A stretch of 64,000 nt of DNA from SAR202 cluster bacterium Io17-Chloro-G2 (GCA_002816875.1 MUCP01000010.1:2254-66253), one strand, 5' to 3'. Counted from the stretch's first letter, positions 1 to 9,490 are shown. Translations and numbers: made by a program. The notes: generated by a model from the letters alone, not told the origin.

Positions 1-405
1 TGTATAGACTGGCTGGACCCCCTGCGCAACACGGGACAGTGGGGCCCGGAACTGGTGGAACTGGCCGGCGGTGCGGAAGGCCTGGCCGCCAAGTGGGGCA
101 AGTCCCGGGAGGTCGCCTGGGAAGAGGTACTGGAATATCAGCCGGAATACCTGATGATGATGCCCTGCGCCTTTGAGCCCGGCCGGGTGGAACACGATTC
201 CCGGGAATGGCTGAGCCGCCAACGGGATTGGCAGACTCTTCCCGCGGTGCGCGATGGCCGGGTTTTCTTGTTCGACGGCCGTATTCCCAGCCGGCACGGT
301 CCCCGGATAGCCGATGTCATGGAAGGCCTGGCCGAGGCGATGTGGCCCCAACGGTTCCCAGGATTAGCTCCGGAGGGAGTGTTTCAAAGGTGGGAGGGGA
401 TTTAG
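1..405 (+). CDS. ABC-type periplasmic binding protein (BtuF/FhuD-like class), C-terminal fragment; the 5' end lies outside the window
   Basis: Frame 1 is open from base 1. The tail ...LPAVRDGRVFLFDG...SRHGPRIADVMEGLAEAMWP resembles the conserved C-terminus of cobalamin/siderophore binding proteins. Confidence 0.55.
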   Translation, partial: CIDWLDPLRNTGQWGPELVELAGGAEGLAAKWGKSREVAWEEVLEYQPEYLMMMPCAFEPGRVEHDSREWLSRQRDWQTLPAVRDGRVFLFDGRIPSRHGPRIADVMEGLAEAMWPQRFPGLAPEGVFQRWEGI

Positions 406-435
406 GCGCAACAGGGTGACCTGGGGAGGGATGAT

Positions 436-1146
436 ATGGGCTTAACGATATCCGGCGGCGACCTGGGCTATTTCGCCTCCGGCCGGTTTTGCCGCCGCTG
501 CGCCTGGGTCCGCCTTCACGTCAGACCGCTGCCCTACCAGAGTTTTCCGGGCATTTTCAGCTCCATCGACCGCTACAACAAACTGGTGGTCAACAGCTAT
601 TTTGAACGTCACGGATGCCTGCCGTCCTGGCTGGACGGCCTGGGCCGGGTGGAGGCCAGCATCGACCCGCCTCACTGGTCGGCCTATTCGATCTTGGACC
701 CGGACTCCGGAGTCACCCTTCGGGGAGAGGCCGATGCCATCTTCAGGATGAGCGACGGCTCCTACACCATCGTGGACTACAAGACCTCCAGATATACGCC
801 TGGGCAACGGGGTATGTTCCGGAACTACGAGGTGCAGCTAAATTCCTACGCCTACATTGGAGAACGGCTGGACTTCGCCCCGGTCACCGGATTGGCCCTG
901 GCCTACATGGAGCCCGTGACCGATGAAGATACCGCCGGTCTTCCCGATATCACCGGCGGGCAGGGATTCAACCTGGGCTTTCAAGCTACGATCGTCCCGG
1001 TGGAAGTAAAGCCCGGCCGGCTGATTCCGCCATTGTTGGACCGGGCCCAAGAGATATTTGAAATGGAGCGGCGGCCGCCGGGAAAGCCAGGTTGCAAAGA
1101 TTGCCAGGCGGTGCAGGCCCTGCTGGATGGGTTGCTGGACGACTGA
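436..1146 (+). CDS. PD-(D/E)XK nuclease, RecB/Cas4-like, with N-terminal CxxC and C-terminal CxxC
   Basis: Motifs are present in the correct order: GEAD (GxxD), IVDYK (D/ExK), QLNSY (QxxxY). Cys pairs are CRRC near the N-terminus and CKDC near the C-terminus. Confidence 0.55.
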   Translation: MGLTISGGDLGYFASGRFCRRCAWVRLHVRPLPYQSFPGIFSSIDRYNKLVVNSYFERHGCLPSWLDGLGRVEASIDPPHWSAYSILDPDSGVTLRGEADAIFRMSDGSYTIVDYKTSRYTPGQRGMFRNYEVQLNSYAYIGERLDFAPVTGLALAYMEPVTDEDTAGLPDITGGQGFNLGFQATIVPVEVKPGRLIPPLLDRAQEIFEMERRPPGKPGCKDCQAVQALLDGLLDD

Positions 1147-1223
1147 TGAACCAATGATTAACCGATATAGATGATTCGCGTTTCGGCGCCGGAGTCTCAC
1201 GATTGCCGGTAAATCCAGACAGC

Positions 1224-1258
1224 GTAGGGGCGCCCCGATTCGATCGGGGCGCCCCTAC
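1224..1258 (+). terminator. GC-rich perfect hairpin (16-bp stem, 3-nt loop) downstream of the nuclease gene; belongs to a GTAGGGGCGC...GCGCCCCTAC repeat family
   Basis: gtaggggcgccccgat-tcg-atcggggcgcccctac read directly. No T-tract follows, so terminator function is inferred only. Confidence 0.4.
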
Positions 1259-1446
1259 CGTTCCAGCCGCTGGCCGTAAATCAAATGCGAATCAAGGCAA
1301 TGAACCGGGGTGCGCGAAGCCCGATTCATCGTAATCATTGAAATTTCCTGCCCCTGGCACGGTCCCTTGTCAGACAAGGAGGGCCAGACTAAAATGGGCG
1401 AAATCTCAAGCTCGTAACCTCAAACTGACGTTGCCTGGAGGTAATC

Positions 1447-1869
1447 ATGTCTTACAACAAGCCGATGCTCAGCCTGGAGCAGACCCAACATGCCATGTCG
1501 GCGATGATCGACAAGGCTACTAAGGAACCTGACCGGCCGGTGACCATTGCTATCGTCGACGACCTCGGGAACATGCTAAGTTTCGCTCGTATGGACCGCT
1601 GCCGTCCCGGACCCCAAAGGATGGCGGTGCGAAAGGCCTACACCTGCGCGATCAATGGGCAGAACTCGGCGGATTATGCCGAACGCCTCAGAGGCCAGGG
1701 CCGCACCGTGGCTGAGATGGGAGACCCCATGCTGGCCGCCGTCCAAGGCGGAGTGGCGGTGCTGCATCCTGAGACCGGTTCCATAATGGGAGGCATAGGC
1801 GTTAGCGGCCTGGCAGCCCAGGAAGATGAAGACATAGCAAAGTTGGGGCTGCAAGCGTTGGGGCTGTAA
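1447..1869 (+). CDS. GlcG/HbpS-like heme-binding protein (DUF336 family)
   Basis: 140 aa. Family-typical ...IAIVDDLGN...ARMD... and C-terminal GGIGVSG motif. GGAGG Shine-Dalgarno 6 nt upstream of the ATG. Confidence 0.7.
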   Translation: MSYNKPMLSLEQTQHAMSAMIDKATKEPDRPVTIAIVDDLGNMLSFARMDRCRPGPQRMAVRKAYTCAINGQNSADYAERLRGQGRTVAEMGDPMLAAVQGGVAVLHPETGSIMGGIGVSGLAAQEDEDIAKLGLQALGL

Positions 1870-1898
1870 AGCTGTCAGCTAACCGCTAAGGAGAGTCC

Positions 1899-2771
1899 AT
1901 GGCTAACCCGCGGGCTGACTTTTCACCGATCTTTCAACGCAAACCTTTACGATTGCCGGGGGACGCCCGGATAGCCGTCTGGGTGATCATCAACATGGAA
2001 GAGTGGGATATAAACGAGGCCATGGCCCGCACCGTATTGCCCACTCCCCAGGGGAGGGAAGTCACTCCCGACATACCAAACTTCGCCTGGTTCGACTACG
2101 GCCTCCGGGTGGGGTTCTGGCGCCTGAAGCGGGTGCTGGACCGCCGGCGCATCCCGGCCACCGTCAGCCTCAACGCGTCGCTGTGCTTGTCCTATCCCAA
2201 GGTCGTCCAAGAATGCCTGGATTCAGGTTGGGAATTGATGGGCCACGGATTCATGCAGCGGGTAATCAATGTGGAGCCCGACGAGCGTGAGGTGATCCGC
2301 CGGACCATCAGCACCATCAAAGAATTCAGCGGCGCGGCGCCCAGGGGGTGGATGGGACCGGGTTTGGCCGAAACCTTCGACACGCCTGACATCTTGGCGG
2401 AGGAAGGTATCGAATACGTCTGCGACTGGTGTAACGACGACCAGCCGTACCCGATGAAGGTGAAATCCGGCGAACTTGTGTCGGTGCCCTATACCTTGGA
2501 GCTCAACGACATCCCCATCCACCTGGTGCAGCATCACCGTTCGGCTGAGCTGTTTGAGCGGTCCAAAGACCAGTTCGACACCTTGTATCAAGAGGGAGCG
2601 GAAAGCGCCCGGGTCATGGCCATCTCTACCCACCCCTACATCACGGGCGTCCCCCACCGCATCGGGTACTTCGACCGGATCTTCGAATACATCAGCCAGT
2701 TCCAGGGTGTGGTCTTCATGACGGGAAGCGAGATCTTGGACTGGTACAAGGCGGAAACCAGCAAAGGGTAG
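1899..2771 (+). CDS. Polysaccharide deacetylase family protein (PuuE/allantoinase-like subgroup)
   Basis: 290 aa. N-terminal ...IAVWVIINMEEWD..., PDIPNFAWFDYGLRVGFWRL and the length are typical of PuuE-like NodB-fold proteins. AAGGAG RBS. Confidence 0.65.
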   Translation: MANPRADFSPIFQRKPLRLPGDARIAVWVIINMEEWDINEAMARTVLPTPQGREVTPDIPNFAWFDYGLRVGFWRLKRVLDRRRIPATVSLNASLCLSYPKVVQECLDSGWELMGHGFMQRVINVEPDEREVIRRTISTIKEFSGAAPRGWMGPGLAETFDTPDILAEEGIEYVCDWCNDDQPYPMKVKSGELVSVPYTLELNDIPIHLVQHHRSAELFERSKDQFDTLYQEGAESARVMAISTHPYITGVPHRIGYFDRIFEYISQFQGVVFMTGSEILDWYKAETSKG

Positions 2772-2814
2772 CTGATGGCTCTGGGCAATCACCTATCAGC
2801 GTTGGAGGAGCCAA

Positions 2815-3852
2815 ATGGTGCAGGTTGAATCGGGGATGATCATGAATCTTGCCGGCACCGGCGAGGCCGGTTACGCGGGTGACGGCGGCTTAGCCCACCT
2901 GGCGGTCTTGGGAGAGCCTTTTGGATGTGATTTTGATCCACAAGGCCACCTCTACCTGTGCGACAGCAAAAACAATACGGTTCGCCGGGTGGAACAACAT
3001 ACCGGCGTCATAACCACGGTGGTTGGAAGTGGAGAGGAGGGTTACTCGGGCGACGGCGGCCCGGCGGCGGATTCAACGCTGAACCAGGTCTATTCCCTGG
3101 TGGTGGACACCAACGGCGACATTTACATCATCGACCGGCTGAACGCCGCCGTTCGGAGATTCGAAGCCGCCACGGGAATCATCACCACCGTGGCCGGCAC
3201 GGGCCAACCGGGATACAGCGGCGACGGCGGACCGGGCGCACAGGCCCAACTTCGCGAGCCCAATGATTGCTTTCTGGACGGGAAGGGCGGCTTGTTGATA
3301 GCCGATATTCAGGACCAGCGTATCCGCCGCCTTGACCTGGCCAGCGGCATCATAGACACATTCGCCGGCGACGGCGAAAAGGTCCGCTCCGGAGATGGTC
3401 TGCCCGCCGCTCGGGCCAGCATTTTGGGGGCGCGGGCCGTTTGCATGGACTCCAAAGGCAATACATACATAGCCGAGCGAGAGGGAAATGGCATACGCAA
3501 GGTGGATGCAACCGGGATCATGTCCACCTATGCGGGAACGGGCGAGCGGGGATACGAGGGCGACGGCGGCTCTGCCCTGGAAGCGACCTGGGGCGCGCCC
3601 AAGGCCATCCGCTGCGACAACCAAGACAACCTGATCGTGGTGGACACGGAAAACCACGCCATCCGCCGCATCGACGCGGGTACTGGTCTGGTCACCACCA
3701 TCGCCGGCGGCCGCCAGGGTAACGGAGGCGACGGCGGCCGTGCTATCGAAGCTGGTCTGGACCGGCCCCACGGCTGTGGCGTCGACCGCCAGGGAAACAT
3801 CTACATAGCCGATAGCAATAACCACAGGGTAAGGGTAGTGGGGATGGGGTGA
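2815..3852 (+). CDS. NHL-repeat six-bladed beta-propeller protein
   Basis: Six repeats of GxxGYxGDGGxA ... (Y/L)(I/V)xDxxNxx(I/V)RR(I/V/L/F), e.g. LCDSKNNTVRRV, IIDRLNAAVRRF, VVDTENHAIRRI. GGAGGAG RBS. Confidence 0.75.
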   Translation: MVQVESGMIMNLAGTGEAGYAGDGGLAHLAVLGEPFGCDFDPQGHLYLCDSKNNTVRRVEQHTGVITTVVGSGEEGYSGDGGPAADSTLNQVYSLVVDTNGDIYIIDRLNAAVRRFEAATGIITTVAGTGQPGYSGDGGPGAQAQLREPNDCFLDGKGGLLIADIQDQRIRRLDLASGIIDTFAGDGEKVRSGDGLPAARASILGARAVCMDSKGNTYIAEREGNGIRKVDATGIMSTYAGTGERGYEGDGGSALEATWGAPKAIRCDNQDNLIVVDTENHAIRRIDAGTGLVTTIAGGRQGNGGDGGRAIEAGLDRPHGCGVDRQGNIYIADSNNHRVRVVGMG

Positions 3853-4049
3853 TTCGGCGGCTGTTAAAAACTAGCGAGCTGCAGGTAAACGACAGCATCT
3901 GAGGAGAGTCAGTTTTGCACCCGATGCGGTCATCGAATCGCGAAATGGGATGTTATGTACCGCGTTTGCGGGGGCAGAGAAGTTAGGAATTGGGTCACCA
4001 ACGGCAGAAGGAGAATGCCCCCGATTTCGGCGTAATGCGCGTGGCGGGA

Positions 4050-4661
4050 CTAACGCTGGAGTTGGCGGACAGGGGAGCCGACCGGGAGGTTCAAACGGTA
4101 TCCCACACCTCTTTCCGTAGAGATGAGCGAAGCACCAGATGGATGCGGATCTATTTTCTTACGTAGACGCGAGATAAACGTCCTGAGTAGCTGTTGCTCT
4201 CCTGCGTAATCGGGACCCCATACTTCAGCCAATAATTGGCTAGCCGTCAGTACATTACCCTGATGACGGACAAACACGTCCAAAAGCTTGTGTTCGACCG
4301 GCGTTAGATGCAGCTCTTGGCCGTTGCGCGTCACCCGGTGGGTCCGTTGGTCCAGGAGGATCCCGCCAAATTCGACAGGAGGTTCGAACTCGACTCCTCC
4401 ACTTTCTTTGGCCATTGGTTTAGTGATTTGTAGAGCAGCCAGTAGCCTTAATTCCAGGCGGAATTCATCGATGCTGATTACTTCATCATCCAGTTGAATG
4501 AGCGCCGCATCGACTCCATTGATCGCAGAGATTGCCGCATCATCCGCGGAGTCGAGGAACGATTGGAGATGTGCAACAACCCAAATCTCGAAATCCTTTA
4601 AACTCAGGGTTTCACCAAGGCGGCGGTTAATTTGTAATTGAAGGTCTTCTAACATGGACAT
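4050..4661 (-). CDS. OmpR/PhoB-type winged-helix DNA-binding protein without a receiver domain
   Basis: The C-terminal ~105 aa (LTPVEHKLLDVFVRHQGNVLTASQLLAEVWG...RTFISRLRKKI...VGYRL) is a Trans_reg_C domain. The N-terminal ~95 aa has no REC motifs. Start moved to MSMLEDL; the upstream part of the 308-aa ORF looks non-coding. Confidence 0.6.
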   Translation of the reverse strand: MSMLEDLQLQINRRLGETLSLKDFEIWVVAHLQSFLDSADDAAISAINGVDAALIQLDDEVISIDEFRLELRLLAALQITKPMAKESGGVEFEPPVEFGGILLDQRTHRVTRNGQELHLTPVEHKLLDVFVRHQGNVLTASQLLAEVWGPDYAGEQQLLRTFISRLRKKIDPHPSGASLISTERGVGYRLNLPVGSPVRQLQR

Positions 4662-5085
4662 CTCAGACGATCTGGTGGTCGTTGCTGTCCCCGTGTCCCT
4701 CTTACGGAGTCGTTTCAATGCTAGCGACATTGGCCGGCAAATTGTAAGCGGGGAATTGCGGCCCGATAGTATTGTACAGGAACGGCATCTTAAAAACCCG
4801 GAATCGCGCCGCATGCCCGAACCTTTCTGCACCCGGCACCAAATGATGCGATACCTGGATACAGATGGTGTCTTAATTTTAGAAACGTCCCAATATTTGC
4901 GAGCCGATGGATCCCTTGGGGCTTCGGGCTTGCCAGATCCCAAGAGGATGCGCGTGGGAAACGAAATGTGGATCAAAGACGAAAGGGAATCCTAGGGTGG
5001 GTCTGCCATAACCCCCTGTAATTAGACAGCAGAGCGTAGAAAGGAAGCCGCCAGACCAACCGGCCGGTTTTCCTTCGTGCGGCTG

Positions 5086-6216
5086 TTAACCGCTAGGTCG
5101 CAGCCGCTCCCTAAACTCGTCTGAAACGGGGCCGATGCGTTGCCGGAAGTTGGTGGTGTCACGGTTGGCCACCTGTTGCGCGGCTTCCACCATCAACTCC
5201 ACGCCGCCGATGAAATCGTCTCTGTGGATGTACTCTGCACCGATGGCGTCCCCGGGAGCTCCGTTGTGGTAGTTGCCCAATGGGAAAGCCAGGCCGGTCG
5301 TCTTGTAACCGTGCAGGGCGAAGGCGCTGGCCTCGCACACGCCGCCGCTCATCAGCTGACGTTGGGATTTGAATCCCTCCGGACGTTCCTGCAGGATCTC
5401 CTTGGCCTTGATCAGAGCGGCCTCGGCGTCGGCGTTGAAAGTTAGACCGGCGTCCCCGACACGAATCACCGGACCTTTGCCCATCTCGGCCCCGGGCAAC
5501 GTGCGGCTGGATTCGGCTGAGACCACCAGCGTATTCGCAGGCAAGGTCCCGGCCGCGGCCATCAATCTAGCCCCCACAAGCCCCACCTCTTCGGCTCTGG
5601 TAAAGACCCCGTAAACGTCCCCGGCCGGCTGAAGTTCCGGGTTGGTGTCCCTCAAAACCGTCAAGGCAGCCAGAGATGCCAAAGCCGCCAAGATGCTGGC
5701 GCATCCCGCCAGGTCGTCGGCCGCCCGCATGTGGATGAAATCTCCGTCGATCTGGAAGCTGGTCAAGTCGAAAACCACCGGCCTGGGAAAATCCAATGAT
5801 TGGGGCTGGTCCAAGCTGATGAGCACTTGCCTTTGGGATTCTTCCCCGTGTCTGCCTGCCACGGTCCCCCGCAGGCGCCATCCGTCCTCAAGGACGATTT
5901 GGACCGGTACACCCTCGGCAAATGCGCCGGCTGGAATTCCTCCGAGAGCGCTGGCGACGACTAAATCGCCATCGGAGGCCACAGCTTCAAATCCTGGATG
6001 GTCCATGTGGGCCACCAGCGCGATCGGCGTGGCGGCGGGGTCCGAGCCCGGGACCTTGGCAATGATGTTTCCGAACCCGTCGATGGCGGGGGATATCCCC
6101 GATTCGGCTAGTATTTCGTGAATGGCCCGGGCGACCCCGTGCTCGTGGAAGGCCACGGCAGGTTGTTGTCCCAGCCGCTCCAAGATATTCAATGCCACTT
6201 CAGGTTGAATGGCCAT
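5086..6216 (-). CDS. M42-family (FrvX-like) metallopeptidase/aminopeptidase
   Basis: AHMDHPGF metal-binding motif, DDLAGCASILAAL, and ~376 aa length. Start placed at the ATG preceded by GAGGGA. Confidence 0.6.
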   Translation of the reverse strand: MAIQPEVALNILERLGQQPAVAFHEHGVARAIHEILAESGISPAIDGFGNIIAKVPGSDPAATPIALVAHMDHPGFEAVASDGDLVVASALGGIPAGAFAEGVPVQIVLEDGWRLRGTVAGRHGEESQRQVLISLDQPQSLDFPRPVVFDLTSFQIDGDFIHMRAADDLAGCASILAALASLAALTVLRDTNPELQPAGDVYGVFTRAEEVGLVGARLMAAAGTLPANTLVVSAESSRTLPGAEMGKGPVIRVGDAGLTFNADAEAALIKAKEILQERPEGFKSQRQLMSGGVCEASAFALHGYKTTGLAFPLGNYHNGAPGDAIGAEYIHRDDFIGGVELMVEAAQQVANRDTTNFRQRIGPVSDEFRERLRPSG

Positions 6217-6588
6217 ATCATCCCTCACGGCGGTAGATTCCGGTCGTTCGCCCGTGTGATCTTCTGCCGGCGCTGATTCCTGACGCTGATTCCTAGGGAA
6301 AAGTTGGCCGGATTATACCAGGAGGCGATGTTTCTTGGGCAGCGGTTCCAGGCTGAGGTTTAGGTTTTTCAAGATGCGTCCAAATGAGCAAAGGGTGTAT
6401 CTGCTGATTGCGCGGAATTTTGACATCGTGCGGCGTCTTCGGCGTTATTCACGGGATAGCATTTTCCCGAGGGGGGCACGGCAGTCACCCTACGCCGATC
6501 CTAAACCGGCACAACGAGTGTGAATAGGCGGCGAAAATCTGCCGTCCGGCGCAACAGGGTTGAGCCGAGGTGGCCATAGGCCGGTGCC

Positions 6589-6783
6589 ATGAGAAACAAG
6601 ATCTTAACGATCATAGCGGTGGGTATCACACTGGGGTTCCTCCTGGGAATGGCGGTGGTTGCCCTGTTGCGGGCGGTGGTTGACGGAACGGACACCGGGT
6701 TGGAGATCGCCTTCACCCTGTTGGTGGGATTCATGGGAGCGATGTTGATCTCGTATGTGGTGCGTACCACCAAAGATGCCTAG
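6589..6783 (+). CDS. Small two-TM membrane protein, hypothetical
   Basis: 64 aa with two hydrophobic helices. No recognisable family. Confidence 0.3.
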   Translation: MRNKILTIIAVGITLGFLLGMAVVALLRAVVDGTDTGLEIAFTLLVGFMGAMLISYVVRTTKDA

Positions 6784-6817
6784 GTCCGCCAAAAATGCCT
6801 AGGTCCGCCAAAGATGC
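6770..6817. repeat. 19-bp tandem repeat, about 2.5 copies (ccaaaRatgcctaggtccg), overlapping the stop codon of the small ORF
   Basis: Units at 6770-6788 and 6789-6807 (1 mismatch), partial unit at 6808-6817, read directly. Confidence 0.8.
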
Positions 6818-7035
6818 AAAGCTCCGGCGGAACCAGATTCGTTAGTCTTCTAAACCATCCCGGCCCCTTGCCTAACCATCGATCCAGAAAGGTCCTTCCC
6901 CAACCGGCGGTCTTCTGGTCTAACCCCTCTGACTACCCGGTTCATTCCGGCATTGACGGAGATCGGGCTTCCAACCGAACCGCATTCATGGAACGTGCGA
7001 TTCCCTTCTCCTAAGCCCTCTGCTTAGCTTTTTGG

Positions 7036-7542
7036 TCAGCACCCTAGATAGGCGTTGTCGGTCACTCCGAAGGGAGTGGCAACCACCACCGTGCCTGAGA
7101 TGGTCGTTGAGACTGTAGGGCTGACCTTGAGGTCGAATACCACCGTCTCGCCGGGGTTCCAGGCGTTGGGATCCCTGGTATCTGGGGCGATGGAATTCAG
7201 CGCCCACTCGTTATCACTCACGGCGCTGGTCACGTAGTCCAGGCGCCGGTACACTCTGTTGCCGCCAACGTCGGGGTAGTCGGCTATGACGTCCAGTTTA
7301 GAGAAGTCCGCTATCGACGTTTTCCCCGGATTTGTGAGGTCAATGGTATAGGTGTCGCAACCGGATTCGGCCGTGGTGTTGATGATGCTCACCCGGGTGT
7401 TGATCCTTTCGGTGAGCAGAGCGGCGTTGTCTATGGATTCAGAGCTTTGAAGGTCCCAAACGTCCAGCAAAACCAGAAACGTCACGCTGCTCAACACAAT
7501 GAACAGGCCCATGGCGACTGCTGCGCCCAGACTTTCCGTCAT
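7036..7542 (-). CDS. FlaF/FlaG (ArlF/ArlG)-family protein, unlinked paralogue of the gene at 61750..62274
   Basis: N-terminal TM helix followed by a beta-rich domain. Aligns by eye with 61750..62274: TNPGKTSIADFSKLDVIADY / DNTGSRSTPDFSRMDVILEY, SDNEWAL / GNNEWTI, AWNPGETVVFDL / MWDPDEVISIDI, VVVATPFGVTD / VAVVTPWGISD. Confidence 0.6.
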   Translation of the reverse strand: MTESLGAAVAMGLFIVLSSVTFLVLLDVWDLQSSESIDNAALLTERINTRVSIINTTAESGCDTYTIDLTNPGKTSIADFSKLDVIADYPDVGGNRVYRRLDYVTSAVSDNEWALNSIAPDTRDPNAWNPGETVVFDLKVSPTVSTTISGTVVVATPFGVTDNAYLGC

Positions 7543-7660
7543 GTGAGAGCGCCCCGCTGGTCACCGGACGGAATGTAACCACGCGGCGGCATGAGGTGGG
7601 AATTTAGGTGATGCATTCGGCCCATCAAGCCCGGAGCCGTCAAGGCCAGGGCAGGAAGGG

Positions 7661-8095
7661 TTAAAGTTGGGGCGTCCCGCTGGTGGCGAAACGGTCCCGG
7701 CGAGGGGTGGCCGTTCCCGGATCTGCTGCGGGATGTACTCCTTGAAAGCGGGCGAAAGCAAGGGTTAGCATGACCAGGGACGCAATCACGGAGCCGCTCA
7801 GCGCCAACGCCGGCACGTTGTCCTGAGGTTGATGGGACGCCGCCAAAGGCCCGGTGTCCGCAAACCCGGGGACTGCCGGGGCAGTGAGCGTCCCGGCGGC
7901 AATCATCTGATTGGGATATTGTCCGGCCACTCCGGCGCCCTGACTAATGACGGTCCGGCTGTGGCCGCCTTCCACAAATCCCGTCCACAGAAGGCCAACG
8001 GTCATCAGGACGGCTGTTGTAGTAAGGGCTAACTTTGGTGTGATGCGCATTTCGGCGTATTTCCCAATGCCCCTGGAAACAGTGGGGGCGCTCAT
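7661..8095 (-). CDS. Hypothetical membrane protein (two predicted TM segments), directly upstream of the FlaF/G paralogue
   Basis: Hydrophobic segments LALTTTAVLMTVGLLW and LALSGSVIASLVMLTLAF. No family recognised; start uncertain. Confidence 0.3.
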   Translation of the reverse strand: MSAPTVSRGIGKYAEMRITPKLALTTTAVLMTVGLLWTGFVEGGHSRTVISQGAGVAGQYPNQMIAAGTLTAPAVPGFADTGPLAASHQPQDNVPALALSGSVIASLVMLTLAFARFQGVHPAADPGTATPRRDRFATSGTPQL

Positions 8096-8413
8096 AGAGT
8101 GAAGAGATATCTATGTTTGAACCCTTGCAAGACCATTTTGGGACTTGTGTGCGCACGCCCACAGGGTGTGAACCCCTTAGGTTTATCGGGGGCGTTTGGT
8201 TTTCTTCGGCTAGGCCCGTTAAACGGCGGCTGCGATTCACCAGTGGGCCTGGACTATTGAGCCGGCTCAAGGCTTAGGTGGTGTGGTTGCTGAAAAACCA
8301 CGGTGATATACTTCTTCGGCGCGGGGCGGGCCGCTTCGTACTGAACGGACATCTTCGATTGAAATCCGCATCTTAGACAAGAGATAAATCTACGCAGAAA
8401 ATGGAGGCTAGCC

Positions 8414-9490
8414 GTGCTGGAGCAATTCAGAGTCAATCTTGATGAAGCAATATTCGCCCAGGGCGAAGACCTGAAAAGAACGGCCGCCGGTGTTTTTGAA
8501 AAAATGGGTGTGCCAGCCGAAGACGCATTGCTGGCCGCCGACGTGTTGGTGTTGGCCGACCTGAGGGGCGTAGACTCCCACGGCGTCTCCAATATGCTCC
8601 GCAGTTACGTCACTGGATACCAAAGCGGCTCCATCAATCCCCGTCCTGACTGGAAAGTGGTGCGGGAGACCCCCAGCACCGCCAACATCGACTGCGACCG
8701 GGGACTGGGCGTCATCCTAGCTCCCAAGGGAATGGATATCGCCATCCAGAAAGCCAAACAGGTGGGTGTTGGTATGGTGACAATGGGCAACGCCCGCCAC
8801 CTAGGAATGGCGTCTTACCACGCCATGCTTGCCCTGGAGCACGACATGATCGGTGTTTGTATGACCAGTTGCCCGCCGTCGGTGGTGCCAACCTTTGGCG
8901 CCGAACCCCGGCTGGGCACCAACCCGATCGCCTTCGCCGTTCCTTCGGGAAACGAAGCCCCTTTCGTGTTTGACGCCGCCACCAGCAGCGTGGCCGGCAA
9001 CAAGATAGGCATCGCCCGGCGTTTGGGCGCAAAACTGGAGCCCGGCTGGTTGGTGGATGCCGATGGAACACCCATCATGGAGGAGATCGACGCTCCCGAC
9101 AGTTATACCCTGTTGCCCCTGGGCAGCACCCGGGAATTGGGCTCTCACAAAGGGTACGGCCTTTCCTGCATGGTGGATATTCTGGGCGGCGTGCTCACCG
9201 GCTACGGCTACGGCGCGGTGCCCGGCAGGCCCAACTTCGGCCACTATGTCGCGGCCTATAGCGTGGACGCGTTCAGCGACGCCGGGGAATTCAAGACCAC
9301 CATGGACGAGTGGCTGCAGATGATGAAGAGCACCAAGCCCGCCCCCGGACACGACCGGGTGTTGGTGGCCGGACAAGCCGAAGCCGAGGTGGAAGAAGTA
9401 CGCCGGGCCGATGGGATACCCTTGCACCCCGAGGTGGTTCAGTGGCTCAGGGACACCTGCAGTGAGTTGGACGTGGCCTGCCTGATATAG
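8414..9490 (+). CDS. Ldh_2 family (malate/L-lactate/sulfolactate dehydrogenase type 2) oxidoreductase
   Basis: ADLRGVDSHGV motif, ...GSHKGYGL..., 358 aa. GTG start with GGAGG 6 nt upstream. Confidence 0.75.
   Translation: MLEQFRVNLDEAIFAQGEDLKRTAAGVFEKMGVPAEDALLAADVLVLADLRGVDSHGVSNMLRSYVTGYQSGSINPRPDWKVVRETPSTANIDCDRGLGVILAPKGMDIAIQKAKQVGVGMVTMGNARHLGMASYHAMLALEHDMIGVCMTSCPPSVVPTFGAEPRLGTNPIAFAVPSGNEAPFVFDAATSSVAGNKIGIARRLGAKLEPGWLVDADGTPIMEEIDAPDSYTLLPLGSTRELGSHKGYGLSCMVDILGGVLTGYGYGAVPGRPNFGHYVAAYSVDAFSDAGEFKTTMDEWLQMMKSTKPAPGHDRVLVAGQAEAEVEEVRRADGIPLHPEVVQWLRDTCSELDVACLI

Noticed and set aside
4662-4976. N-terminal 105-codon extension of the winged-helix regulator ORF
   Set aside because: The extension is Arg/Ser/Cys-rich with no domain signal and overlaps an equally long opposite-strand ORF. 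The internal start MSMLEDL gives a compact protein. The upstream start cannot be excluded without comparative data.
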